DNA of 64,000 bases from Clostridia bacterium (GTDB lineage: Bacteria > Bacillota > Clostridia > UBA1381). Numbering within the stretch: the stretch's first letter is position 1; each line of letters begins with the position of its first letter. The translations under genes and the position numbers were made by a program. Positions 54,658 to 63,811 of this stretch are shown here, piece after piece. The DNA lies in contig JAZRIR010000008.1 of NCBI GenBank assembly GCA_045645365.1, positions 8,912-72,911 on the forward strand, written 5' to 3'. The notes under the pieces were generated by a model. It was not told the DNA's origin, did no database searches, and saw only the letters and a program-made list of their open reading frames with translations.

Positions 54658-55282
54658 ACAATATTTAGATGATGCAATGCGAAATCTTGGCGAGGCTGCA
54701 GATTATGCTGTGAACGCCTGCAAGATTAGTTTACAGAAATTCTTTGATTTGTTTGTTACAACGGGTTTCGCTACACAGTTTGGAAACGGTGTACCAAAAA
54801 TTATTTCGGGATTATCAGGAACAGAGCTTGTTCACGAAATTGTTGTAAAATCAGGTATTGAACATGACCTCCCGGAAGTGCAGACTGAATATGATTGTTC
54901 CCCTGAATATTGGTGCGGATGGATTGTAGCTTATTATCAATGGAGCACTGGCAGAACTTTTAAAGATATCTTTCAAAATGTATCGGCAAAAGAAATTGAA
55001 AAGCTTTATCCAACACTCCACGAAGCACACGAAGATAAATTTGTTGATGTCGTAAATTCTATAATTGAGAGAAAAACTACAACAACAAAATTGCAGGAAC
55101 TTCGTAAAAACATCGGCTATTCCCAAAGAGAACTTGCCGAGAAATCAGGAGTAAATTTGAGAACTTTGCAACAGTATGAACTGAAAGCAAAGGATATAAA
55201 TAAAGCAGCAACAACCACTCTTCTTGCACTTTCCAAAACGCTTGGATGCAAGATTGAAGATTTGTTGGAAAATATGCAATAG
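54638..55282 (+). CDS. XRE-family HTH protein with an uncharacterised N-terminal domain (usual partner of DUF3990)
   Basis: 214 aa with a C-terminal HTH, LRKNIGYSQRELAEKSGVNLRTLQQYELKAKDINKAATTTLLALSKTLGCKIEDLL. It overlaps the upstream gene by 20 nt. Confidence 0.75.
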   Translation: MMRAYDEQYLDDAMRNLGEAADYAVNACKISLQKFFDLFVTTGFATQFGNGVPKIISGLSGTELVHEIVVKSGIEHDLPEVQTEYDCSPEYWCGWIVAYYQWSTGRTFKDIFQNVSAKEIEKLYPTLHEAHEDKFVDVVNSIIERKTTTTKLQELRKNIGYSQRELAEKSGVNLRTLQQYELKAKDINKAATTTLLALSKTLGCKIEDLLENMQ

Positions 55283-55297
55283 AAAGGAGCGTAATCT

Positions 55298-57826
55298 ATG
55301 AAAGCAAAAGAAGCTAAAGCTCGCTTAAAAATAAATAAACTTCTCGAAGCTGCAGGTTGGCGCTTTTTTGATGACGAGAACGGAGCTGCAAATATTCAAG
55401 TTGAACCTAATGTAAAAATGACAAAAACTCAGGTTGATGCATTTGGTGATAATTTTGATACAGTCAAAAATGGATTTATAGATTTTCTGTTGCTTGACAA
55501 TAACGGAAAGCCTTTTGTTGTGCTTGAAGCAAAGTCAGAAGATAAAGACCCACTTGTTGGAAAAGAGCAAGCAAGAGAATATGCAAAATCTTTGTATGTT
55601 AAATATGTTATCTTGTCAAATGGTAATCAACATTATTTTTGGAACATTACAAAGGGCAATCCTCAAATTATAACGGCATTCCCTAGCTATGAGAGTTTAA
55701 GAGACAGTAAAGCTTTTAATGCTAATCCTTCAAGATTATACAACGAAGAAATTAAAAGCGATTACATAGCAGTTGTAAAGAACTCTAATTATGCAGAAGC
55801 ACCTGAATATAAAAATGAACAAACAAGACAGAAATTTATCTTTGATACTGGACTGCGTTTTTTAAGACCATATCAAGTTAATACATTAAAAGCATTACAA
55901 GCATCAGTTAAAGCAGGAAATCAGCGTTTCTTGTTTGAAATGGCAACAGGAACAGGAAAAACACTTACTTCCGCTGCTGTTATCAGGTTGTTTTTGAGGA
56001 GTGGAAATGCTAATAGAGTTTTGTTCCTTGTAGATAGAATTGAGCTTGAAAATCAAGCAAAGAAAAACTTCCAAAATTACCTTACACCCGATTATCAAAC
56101 TGTTATTTTCAAAGAGAATACAGATGATTGGCGTAAAGCTGAAATAGTCGTGTCAACAGTACAGACGCTTGTTGCGAATAATAAATACAAGAAGTTTTTC
56201 AAGCCTACTGACTTTTCATTGATTATTGCAGACGAAAGTCACCGTTCAATCAATGGTAACAGTAGAGCTGTATTTGAGTATTTCTTAGGATACAAATTAG
56301 GTCTTACAGCTACCCCAAAAGATTACATAAAGAATGTTGATGTTGAAAAACTGAAAACTACTGACCCAAGAGCATGGGAAAAGAGGCAACTCCTTGATAG
56401 TTATAAGACCTTTGGCTGTGAAAGCGGAGAACCAACATTCAGATACTCATTACTTGACGGAGTTCGTGATGGATATTTGATCAATCCTACAGTTGTTGAT
56501 GCAAGAACTGAGATTACAACCGAACTACTTGCAGAAGAAGGTTATGCCGTTGTAACAACTGGAGACGAGCAAGATGAAGAACAAGAAGAAACTTTCTTTG
56601 CAAGAGATTTTGAACGCAAGTTCTTTTCGGAAACTACTAACAAAGTATTTGTGAAAACGTTTATGGATAATGCTTTGAGAGACCCGCTATCGGGTGAGAT
56701 TGGCAAAGGCATTATTTTCTGTGTTAGTCGTAGACATGCATCTAAAATTACACAATTACTTAATGAATATGCTGATAAAATGTTCCCTGACAGATATTGT
56801 TCTGACTTTGCAATGCAAATAACTTCTGATGTTATGAACGCACAAACTTATACTACGAATTTTCAAAACAACAACTTAAGTGGAACAACTACATTTTTGG
56901 ATGGGTATAAATCTTCAAAAACAAGGATATGCGTCACTGTTGGCATGATGACAACGGGATATGACTGTGAAGATTTGCTTAACATCGGTTTATTTAGACC
57001 TATTTTTTCTCCTACTGATTTCATTCAGATAAAAGGTAGAGGAACAAGAAAAGCAACCTTTGTATATAAAGAAAAGGTAAATGGAGCCATTGAAGAGCAC
57101 AAGGAAGAAAAAACAACATTTAAGCTGTTTGATTTCTTTGGTAATTGTGAATACTTTGAAGAAAAATTTGATTACGATGAAATCATAAAATTGCCACGTG
57201 CTCAGTCATCAGGTGGAATCCCCGGTGATCCACCTCCGCAGACAGAAGACTATGAGAATTTTAACCCTGACCCATTAGCTTCCATGACCGAAACTAAAAT
57301 AGGTCTTGAAGGCATGAAGATCGACAGAATGTTCTTTGATAAATTCGAAGAAACGGTTAAAGATGATCCGGTTGCTAAAGAACAGTACGAACAAGGTAAT
57401 TATCAGGCTGTTATTACTTATATTGATGAAAATATAATGAACAAACCTAACGAATATTATACTTGGGATAAACTCCGAAGGGCAATCGGAAGCGACAGAC
57501 GAATTACTGCAAGAGAAATTATTGATAAGATATTTGGCGTGTTGCCGTTCTTCAAGAGCAAGAAGGAACTTGTCGAGGATGAATTTGAATCATTTATGCT
57601 CACAAGAACAGTCCCACAGGAAAAATATTGGGATATAAAACAATTCTTTGAAACTTACATAACCGATAAAGATGTAAGACGAGCTATTGAAGATGGTGAG
57701 TATCAGCTTTTAGGTACAGAAGTCAGCACATATACGATGTCTGATTTAAAAAGACTTGGCAAAGAGTCTATGCTCAGTATTGTTGATTATGTCAATGATA
57801 ATGTAAATGTTTCAAGGTTTATGTAG
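55298..57826 (+). CDS. hsdR: type I restriction enzyme R subunit (HsdR-like: PD-(D/E)xK nuclease plus SF2 motor)
   Basis: 842 aa. The N-terminus is KINKLLEAAGWRF…IDFLLLDNNGKPFVVLEAKSEDK (D…E-x-K nuclease). Helicase motifs are EMATGTGKT, IIADESHR, GLTATP and QIKGRGTR, followed by a helical C-terminal domain. Confidence 0.85.
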   Translation: MKAKEAKARLKINKLLEAAGWRFFDDENGAANIQVEPNVKMTKTQVDAFGDNFDTVKNGFIDFLLLDNNGKPFVVLEAKSEDKDPLVGKEQAREYAKSLYVKYVILSNGNQHYFWNITKGNPQIITAFPSYESLRDSKAFNANPSRLYNEEIKSDYIAVVKNSNYAEAPEYKNEQTRQKFIFDTGLRFLRPYQVNTLKALQASVKAGNQRFLFEMATGTGKTLTSAAVIRLFLRSGNANRVLFLVDRIELENQAKKNFQNYLTPDYQTVIFKENTDDWRKAEIVVSTVQTLVANNKYKKFFKPTDFSLIIADESHRSINGNSRAVFEYFLGYKLGLTATPKDYIKNVDVEKLKTTDPRAWEKRQLLDSYKTFGCESGEPTFRYSLLDGVRDGYLINPTVVDARTEITTELLAEEGYAVVTTGDEQDEEQEETFFARDFERKFFSETTNKVFVKTFMDNALRDPLSGEIGKGIIFCVSRRHASKITQLLNEYADKMFPDRYCSDFAMQITSDVMNAQTYTTNFQNNNLSGTTTFLDGYKSSKTRICVTVGMMTTGYDCEDLLNIGLFRPIFSPTDFIQIKGRGTRKATFVYKEKVNGAIEEHKEEKTTFKLFDFFGNCEYFEEKFDYDEIIKLPRAQSSGGIPGDPPPQTEDYENFNPDPLASMTETKIGLEGMKIDRMFFDKFEETVKDDPVAKEQYEQGNYQAVITYIDENIMNKPNEYYTWDKLRRAIGSDRRITAREIIDKIFGVLPFFKSKKELVEDEFESFMLTRTVPQEKYWDIKQFFETYITDKDVRRAIEDGEYQLLGTEVSTYTMSDLKRLGKESMLSIVDYVNDNVNVSRFM

Positions 57827-57836
57827 GAGGCTAATT

Positions 57837-60329
57837 ATGTTAAATTTTGATATTAAACGTAAAATAAATACTTTGCGTGACATATTGGTCGGTAAAGTAC
57901 CTGATCCTAAGGCTCAGGTAGAACAAATTACTATTGCAATGATTTATAAGTTTATGGATGATATGGATATAGAAGCAATGGAATTTGGTGGAGAACGTGT
58001 ATTCTTTAAGGAAGAATATGAGAAATACGCTTGGTCTAACCTTATGAGCTCTGAAAACAGCGGGCAACAAAGAGCTTTAGTTTATGCAGAAGGCATTGAT
58101 AAAATGTCTATGAACCCTCATATTCCGCAACTATTTAGAGACATTTTTAGAGGTGCATATATACCATATAGAGACCCTGAAACTCTCAATATGTTTTTAA
58201 AGGAAATCGGTGAATTTTCTTATGATAACAGTGAGGATTTGGGAAATGCTTTTGAATATTTGCTTATGATTATGGGAAGCCAAGGAGATGCAGGACAATT
58301 CAGAACTCCGAGACATATTATCGACATGATGGTTGAGATAGTAAATCCCAAAAAGAATGATACAGTTCTTGATCCGGCGTGTGGTACAGCTGGCTTTTTG
58401 ATAAGTGCATACAAGCATATATTAAAAACAAATGTAGATGAAAATGGTAAGTCTACATTGACTTCTGACGACAAAAAGCGTTTAACAGATAACTTTGCGG
58501 GATATGATATTTCTCCTGATATGGTAAGATTGGCACGTGTAAATATGTATTTACATCGTTTCACAAAACCTCAAATTAGTGAGTATGATACTTTGTCAAG
58601 CGATGAAAAATGGGATGAGAATTACGATGTAATTCTTGCAAATCCCCCATTTATGACACCAAAGGGTGGTATAATACCACACAACAGATACAGAGTAAAA
58701 GCTAAACGTGCAGAAGTGTTGTTTGTCGATTATATTGCAGAACATTTGAATCCAACAGGAAAAGCGGCTATCATTGTTCCTGAAGGTATTGTTTTTCAGT
58801 CAGCTACAGCATACAAAGAATTAAGAAAGTATCTTGTAGATGATGGTTTGCTATATGCAGTAATTTCTTTGCCTGCAGGTGTATTTAATCCTTACAGTGG
58901 TGTAAAAACAAGTATTTTATTAATTGATAAGCCATTAGCAAGAATGCGTGATGACATTCTCTTTGTGAAAATGAATCACGATGGTTTTGATCTCGGTGCA
59001 CAACGCAGAGAAATAAAGCAGAATGATATTCCTGATATTATTAACGCTGTAAAGGCATATCAAAACGGTGAAGAAATCAACAATACTTCACTTGTTACAT
59101 TAGCAGATAAGAAAGATATTGCTAAACGAGATTATATCTTGATTGGAGAAAAATATAAGAAAATTAGTATTAGCGATAATATTTATCCAATGATTAAAAT
59201 AGGAGATGTATGCAATATCGTTACAGGATATGCATTTAAAAGTTCAGAGCTGAAAGATGAACCGGAACAAGGAGATTTTCCTGTTATTAAAATTGGGAAT
59301 TTAATGAATAAATCTGTACTTGATTTAAGTAGTGTGCAATTTTATCCATTTAGTGAAGTGTTAAGGAAATACATTGTTAATAAAAATGATATTTTATTAG
59401 CAATGACAGGAGCTACTGTTGGTAAGGTTTCTATTGCTCAGGAGAACAATCTGTTATTAAATCAACGTGTAGCAAAGATCACTCCTGATGAAAAGCATAT
59501 ACTTAACAAATTCCTTAAAATAATAATGTTTTCAGATGTTTTCTACAATTACTGTCAAAACAATGCAGGTGGAGGAGCACAAGGCAATATCTCACCGAAT
59601 GGAATTGCTAATTTCACCTTTCCATTACCTCCTCTTTCTATTCAACAAGAAATAGTTGAAGAAATAGAAAGCTATCAAAAGATTATTGATGGAGCCAAGC
59701 AAATTGTTACTAACTACAAACCGATAATAAATGTTGATTCTGACTGGGAATTAACAACAATAGGAAATATATGCATACTGAACCCAGTTAAATCAGAAGT
59801 TAAGGATCTTGCTGACGATACACTAGTATCTTTTGTTCCAATGTCAGATATTAGCGAAACAGATATGTTGTTTACACCACAAAATATTACAACATTATCT
59901 GAGGCTTACAATGGATATACGTATTTTAGAGATGAAGATGTATTACTTGCAAAAGTTACTCCTTGCTTTGAAAATGGCAAATCTGGTATAGCAAGGGACT
60001 TGTGCAACGGAATTGGCTTTGGATCAAGTGAATTTTATGTATTGAGACCAGATGAAACAAAAGTTTTGCCTGAAATTATTTATTATACTATTAATAGTGA
60101 TCGTTTTATCAATAACGGAAAAGAACATATGACTGGTACAGGTGGGTTACGAAGGCTTACAAAAGATTATGTTTTGAATGCACAAATTGCCGTTCCCTCG
60201 ATAGAAATACAAAAACGCATAGTTGATAGTATAAATGCTGAAATGAATATTGTTGAACAAAACAAACGTCTAATAGAAATCTTTGAACAGAAAATTTCAA
60301 ATAAAATCTCCGAGGTTTGGGGGGATTGA
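57837..60329 (+). CDS. fused type I methyltransferase and specificity subunit (HsdM-HsdS in one polypeptide)
   Basis: About 830 aa. It has SAM motif I VLDPACGTAGFL and catalytic NPPF. Two target-recognition domains follow, each ending in the HsdS conserved helix (PLPPLSIQQEIVEEIES and AVPSIEIQKRIVDSINAE). RBS AGGAGG precedes the ATG at 57837. Confidence 0.85.
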   Translation: MLNFDIKRKINTLRDILVGKVPDPKAQVEQITIAMIYKFMDDMDIEAMEFGGERVFFKEEYEKYAWSNLMSSENSGQQRALVYAEGIDKMSMNPHIPQLFRDIFRGAYIPYRDPETLNMFLKEIGEFSYDNSEDLGNAFEYLLMIMGSQGDAGQFRTPRHIIDMMVEIVNPKKNDTVLDPACGTAGFLISAYKHILKTNVDENGKSTLTSDDKKRLTDNFAGYDISPDMVRLARVNMYLHRFTKPQISEYDTLSSDEKWDENYDVILANPPFMTPKGGIIPHNRYRVKAKRAEVLFVDYIAEHLNPTGKAAIIVPEGIVFQSATAYKELRKYLVDDGLLYAVISLPAGVFNPYSGVKTSILLIDKPLARMRDDILFVKMNHDGFDLGAQRREIKQNDIPDIINAVKAYQNGEEINNTSLVTLADKKDIAKRDYILIGEKYKKISISDNIYPMIKIGDVCNIVTGYAFKSSELKDEPEQGDFPVIKIGNLMNKSVLDLSSVQFYPFSEVLRKYIVNKNDILLAMTGATVGKVSIAQENNLLLNQRVAKITPDEKHILNKFLKIIMFSDVFYNYCQNNAGGGAQGNISPNGIANFTFPLPPLSIQQEIVEEIESYQKIIDGAKQIVTNYKPIINVDSDWELTTIGNICILNPVKSEVKDLADDTLVSFVPMSDISETDMLFTPQNITTLSEAYNGYTYFRDEDVLLAKVTPCFENGKSGIARDLCNGIGFGSSEFYVLRPDETKVLPEIIYYTINSDRFINNGKEHMTGTGGLRRLTKDYVLNAQIAVPSIEIQKRIVDSINAEMNIVEQNKRLIEIFEQKISNKISEVWGD

Positions 60330-60330
60330 T

Positions 60331-61515
60331 ATGAACAACATTGAAGTTGGCAAAGAATATGTTTCAAAGGTGCTTAAAAAAGTAGGGAATCTACCATTGA
60401 GTTCATTAAAGGACTATAATATAAAAGATGAACTTCCTGAACAAATTCATGAAATTAACAAGTTTCTACCTCAGGCGTTTCAAGATGAAAGTGAAAAAAA
60501 GTATATTGAAGCCTTGTATCTTGCACTTGAAACAAGCTACAAAAATGGACTTTATCAATTTGCCTATGTACAATATCATATGTTATTTATGACATCTATC
60601 TATTTTGTGTTGCTTAAAATTTATAAGCTGCACAAAGAAGAAATGGACAAGGCAATTTACTACTTGCTTAAAGAGCGAAAAAACGAATTCTATAACGAAG
60701 AAAACACAAAAAGCGGAGAACTTTATTTTGGTAGCTTTGCAATTATTGGTGAAAGTGATGTTTTTATGCTGTTGCGAGTGATTGGTCTTAGTGATTCGAT
60801 TTTAGGGGAGCTTAAAAAGTTAGTTAAATCACGAAATGGCTATGCACACGCAAATGGTCGATTGCTTTTAACTTCAAATGAATTATTTTTGAAAGAAATT
60901 CAAAAGTACAATGATAAAACTATGCAGGTGTTTGACTTGTTAAAAGATGACATCACGAAATTGTATATAGATACAATAACAGATGTTGAATTTTATGACC
61001 CTGAAGTAAGAGCTTATTATGATCCTGATGAGCAAATAATACAAGAATTTATCAATTCGTACTCAATAACTCAAACAGAGCTTAATTGGTTGCGGAAAAT
61101 TAAAACTAATGATTTTAAAACTTATGATGGTTACGAGCATATCAAAGATTTACATATTGCACTTTGTCATTATTATGACTGTTTAGCGGATACTGATGAG
61201 AATTATTCTCCGATTAAAGATGCTTATTTGCTTTACAAATACAGGGATAATGCAGAAGAGTTTATCGAAAAAGAACTTGGTATAAACGGCTATGAATGTG
61301 TTAAACATGGCGGAGAGTTTCCGTTGTATGAATGCCCTGAATGCGGTGAAGAACAATTAGCTCATGATGCTGAAAATGGAAAATTTCATTGTTTTCATTG
61401 CAATGAGGACTATACTTCCGAAACACTAACCTTTTGCACTCGTTGTGGTTCGTTAACAAGCAAAAACGAAATGGATATATGCAAAAATTGTATTGACGAT
61501 ATGATGGAAGATTGA
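60331..61515 (+). CDS. HEPN-motif protein (RNxxAH) with a C-terminal zinc ribbon, translationally coupled to the RM genes
   Basis: 394 aa. The ATG lies 1 nt after the hsdMS stop (tgaTatg). Motifs: LVKSRNGYAHANG (Rx4H); C-terminal CPECGEEQ…CFHC…CTRCG…CKNC. Confidence 0.6.
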   Translation: MNNIEVGKEYVSKVLKKVGNLPLSSLKDYNIKDELPEQIHEINKFLPQAFQDESEKKYIEALYLALETSYKNGLYQFAYVQYHMLFMTSIYFVLLKIYKLHKEEMDKAIYYLLKERKNEFYNEENTKSGELYFGSFAIIGESDVFMLLRVIGLSDSILGELKKLVKSRNGYAHANGRLLLTSNELFLKEIQKYNDKTMQVFDLLKDDITKLYIDTITDVEFYDPEVRAYYDPDEQIIQEFINSYSITQTELNWLRKIKTNDFKTYDGYEHIKDLHIALCHYYDCLADTDENYSPIKDAYLLYKYRDNAEEFIEKELGINGYECVKHGGEFPLYECPECGEEQLAHDAENGKFHCFHCNEDYTSETLTFCTRCGSLTSKNEMDICKNCIDDMMED

Positions 61516-61650
61516 TAATTTTTAAAGTCGAATGTCGGAAAGCGATTTATAGTGTTAAGTGGGCGGACAATGTACCATTCTCGCCTATGCGATTGCGCGT
61601 ATTAATTCGTTAACGCCGATAATATAAAAGAAGAAACTTGATTTAACCTT

Positions 61651-63195
61651 ATGAGTAATTGGAGTTTTCTTATGAAAGATAATAAGTATATTAACCCTTT
61701 TTCTGAAAATAGCGAAAATCTTGCTAAAGAATTTGATAGCGCAGCAATGAGCAAAGATACGCAGAAAATAGAAAGAATAATAAAAAAAGCTATGTTTCTT
61801 GTGAAAACTGAAGACAACGCTTCTAAGGCTGCTATCTTCTATTCTTTAGGAACTGCATTTGGAGATTTACAAAGTATAGCAAAATCAGTTGATGAGGAAC
61901 TTATCAAGAAACAATTATATTACTTTAGAAAAAGTTTAAAGATTATCGAAAGTGATGAACTAAATAAGACCGAATATACACCATATGTTTTAACACAGAA
62001 AATACTCTTATATACAAATTATGCTAATGTTTTGGATGTATGTGGGAGAAAAATTGCAGCAATCGTATATCTAAAAAAGGCTATTGAAATTCATAACGAT
62101 TTTGGAATGGCTCTTGGGAATTTAGGAAGAATCTATCAACGTTATGGCGAACTTGATTTTGATGAAGGGCGTCAGGAGGAATTCCATTATTTTGCATGCC
62201 AGAAGCTATACGAGGCATGTGAAAGTAATGATCCAAATACACATATTAAGGCAAAAAAATATTTTAAAAAGATGTTAGAGAAGTATCCCCAAGACTTTAT
62301 AGACGATGCGCTTGAAGGGAAAATGATATTTAATAAATATTCTTATCCCGATCCTGATGAATTATCATACAGAAGTTGCTGTTTACAAAAAGGGTTGTTT
62401 TTAAATCCTGCAAACGATTTGCCTGTTTTGGAACTTGCTTTTGCAGGAGATACAATTCAATTGCCTAAAATGATAGTAAAAGTTCATGATAAACCTATAT
62501 TCCATGGAATGTTTTCCCAATTAAAACAAGAATACATTTATGCTCGAAATTTATATTATGAGGCTTTAAATTCGAATGGCGAAGTTCATTTTGCAGACAA
62601 GGAAACATACATAGTGTCTTACACTGATTATACTCAATACTGTATAAGAGTTGAAAAACTTAAAACATCATTTAAAACACTATATGGAATGTTTGATAAA
62701 ATCGCATTTTTCATTGAGCATTATTTCTGTATTGGTATTAAAGAGCGAGATGTTAATTTTAAAACTATATGGAGAAAATCTGCTGGATATGGTAAAAATG
62801 AGTATTTATACGCAAATCCTCTTAATCCAAAAAACAATATCTCGCTATATGCACTATATTGGATTAGCAAAGATTTTTTTGAAAAGTTTGAAGATTCACC
62901 AAATCCGGAACTTGCGAGAATCAGTGATATCAGAAATGCATTAGAGCATAAGTATGTGAAAGTTACAAGTAGTTTTTTTAATGCTGCTGAAGAATGGGAA
63001 GACGGTTTGGCTCTATATGTAAGTGAGAATGAATTATACGATGTTACTTTAGAATTGCTAAAAATTTTGAGAGAAGCAATTCTATGTTTGGCTTTCTGTG
63101 TAAATATTGAGGAAATCCCGAAAAGAGAAGATGCCAAAGGTAAGTTAATATTGCCAATGTCACTAATGGATTTTGAAGATGAATGGAAAGTTTAA
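61651..63195 (+). CDS. TPR-like N-terminal domain plus C-terminal HEPN (LA2681-like) protein
   Basis: 514 aa. The N-terminal half is helical-repeat (TPR-like). The C-terminal half has ISDIRNALEHKY (Rx4H). A better SD (GGAG) precedes the alternative ATG at 61672. Confidence 0.6.
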   Translation: MSNWSFLMKDNKYINPFSENSENLAKEFDSAAMSKDTQKIERIIKKAMFLVKTEDNASKAAIFYSLGTAFGDLQSIAKSVDEELIKKQLYYFRKSLKIIESDELNKTEYTPYVLTQKILLYTNYANVLDVCGRKIAAIVYLKKAIEIHNDFGMALGNLGRIYQRYGELDFDEGRQEEFHYFACQKLYEACESNDPNTHIKAKKYFKKMLEKYPQDFIDDALEGKMIFNKYSYPDPDELSYRSCCLQKGLFLNPANDLPVLELAFAGDTIQLPKMIVKVHDKPIFHGMFSQLKQEYIYARNLYYEALNSNGEVHFADKETYIVSYTDYTQYCIRVEKLKTSFKTLYGMFDKIAFFIEHYFCIGIKERDVNFKTIWRKSAGYGKNEYLYANPLNPKNNISLYALYWISKDFFEKFEDSPNPELARISDIRNALEHKYVKVTSSFFNAAEEWEDGLALYVSENELYDVTLELLKILREAILCLAFCVNIEEIPKREDAKGKLILPMSLMDFEDEWKV

Positions 63196-63208
63196 TAGGA
63201 TGTGTTTT

Positions 63209-63703
63209 ATGGGAAAAATATTACATGAAAATTCAGAGAAAATCTTAAAATGCAACGTAGAGATCCTTTTTGCCAATTTAAGTGATGCAATCAAAAAGTA
63301 TGTTGACGATGGCAAGTGGATGGGCGAACTAAAATACATAAATGCTTACTTGTCAGCAACTATACATGCAATTGTTTGTTATATTGATAAGCTTATAGAA
63401 GTTGGGCGTATGCAAGAAACTGAAACAGTGCAAGCATTAAAATATGTAAACAATCTTCAAAAACATAATCCAAACTTTGTAAGCATAACAAAACGAACAG
63501 GTGGGTTCGTTTTTCCTATATCATTTCCATTTTCGTGTGAAATGTATGATGTTGTATGGTCTGAATGCATTGGTCTAAAAACAAAAAAGCCACAGCAAAA
63601 AGAGTCATATGAAAAATTATTTCAAGATAAAAAAATTCTTGATATATTAGATGTAATTGTTAAAAAACTACTAAATGATAGTATAGATAAAAACTTGGAC
63701 TAA
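63209..63703 (+). CDS. hypothetical protein (about 164 aa), co-oriented with and abutting the TPR-HEPN gene
   Basis: ORF with an AGGA 9 nt upstream of the ATG at 63209. I recognised no motif. Confidence 0.5.
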   Translation: MGKILHENSEKILKCNVEILFANLSDAIKKYVDDGKWMGELKYINAYLSATIHAIVCYIDKLIEVGRMQETETVQALKYVNNLQKHNPNFVSITKRTGGFVFPISFPFSCEMYDVVWSECIGLKTKKPQQKESYEKLFQDKKILDILDVIVKKLLNDSIDKNLD

Positions 63704-63778
63704 ATTTGTACTGTTTTTGAATTGCAATTGATTGTTAAGGTATGTTACAATGTAAAATGTAAAGAGTATATACAAACG

Positions 63779-63811
63779 GCGGCTGACGAATGTCAGTCGC
63801 TTTTGTGTTTT
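63779..63811 (+). terminator. rho-independent terminator closing the HEPN gene block
   Basis: gcggctgac / gtcagtcgc stem with one G-U pair and loop gaat, followed by ttttgtgtttt. A second hairpin plus T9 follows at about 63813-63848. Confidence 0.75.

Noticed and set aside
55298-60329. Reading the R and M-S genes as a split Type ISP (LlaGI-like) enzyme
   Set aside because: The domain order (nuclease, motor, methylase, TRD) is the same as in Type ISP enzymes. However, the S part has two TRDs with both conserved helices, and the R protein has a helical HsdR-type C-terminal domain. A type I system with fused M-S is therefore the more conservative call.
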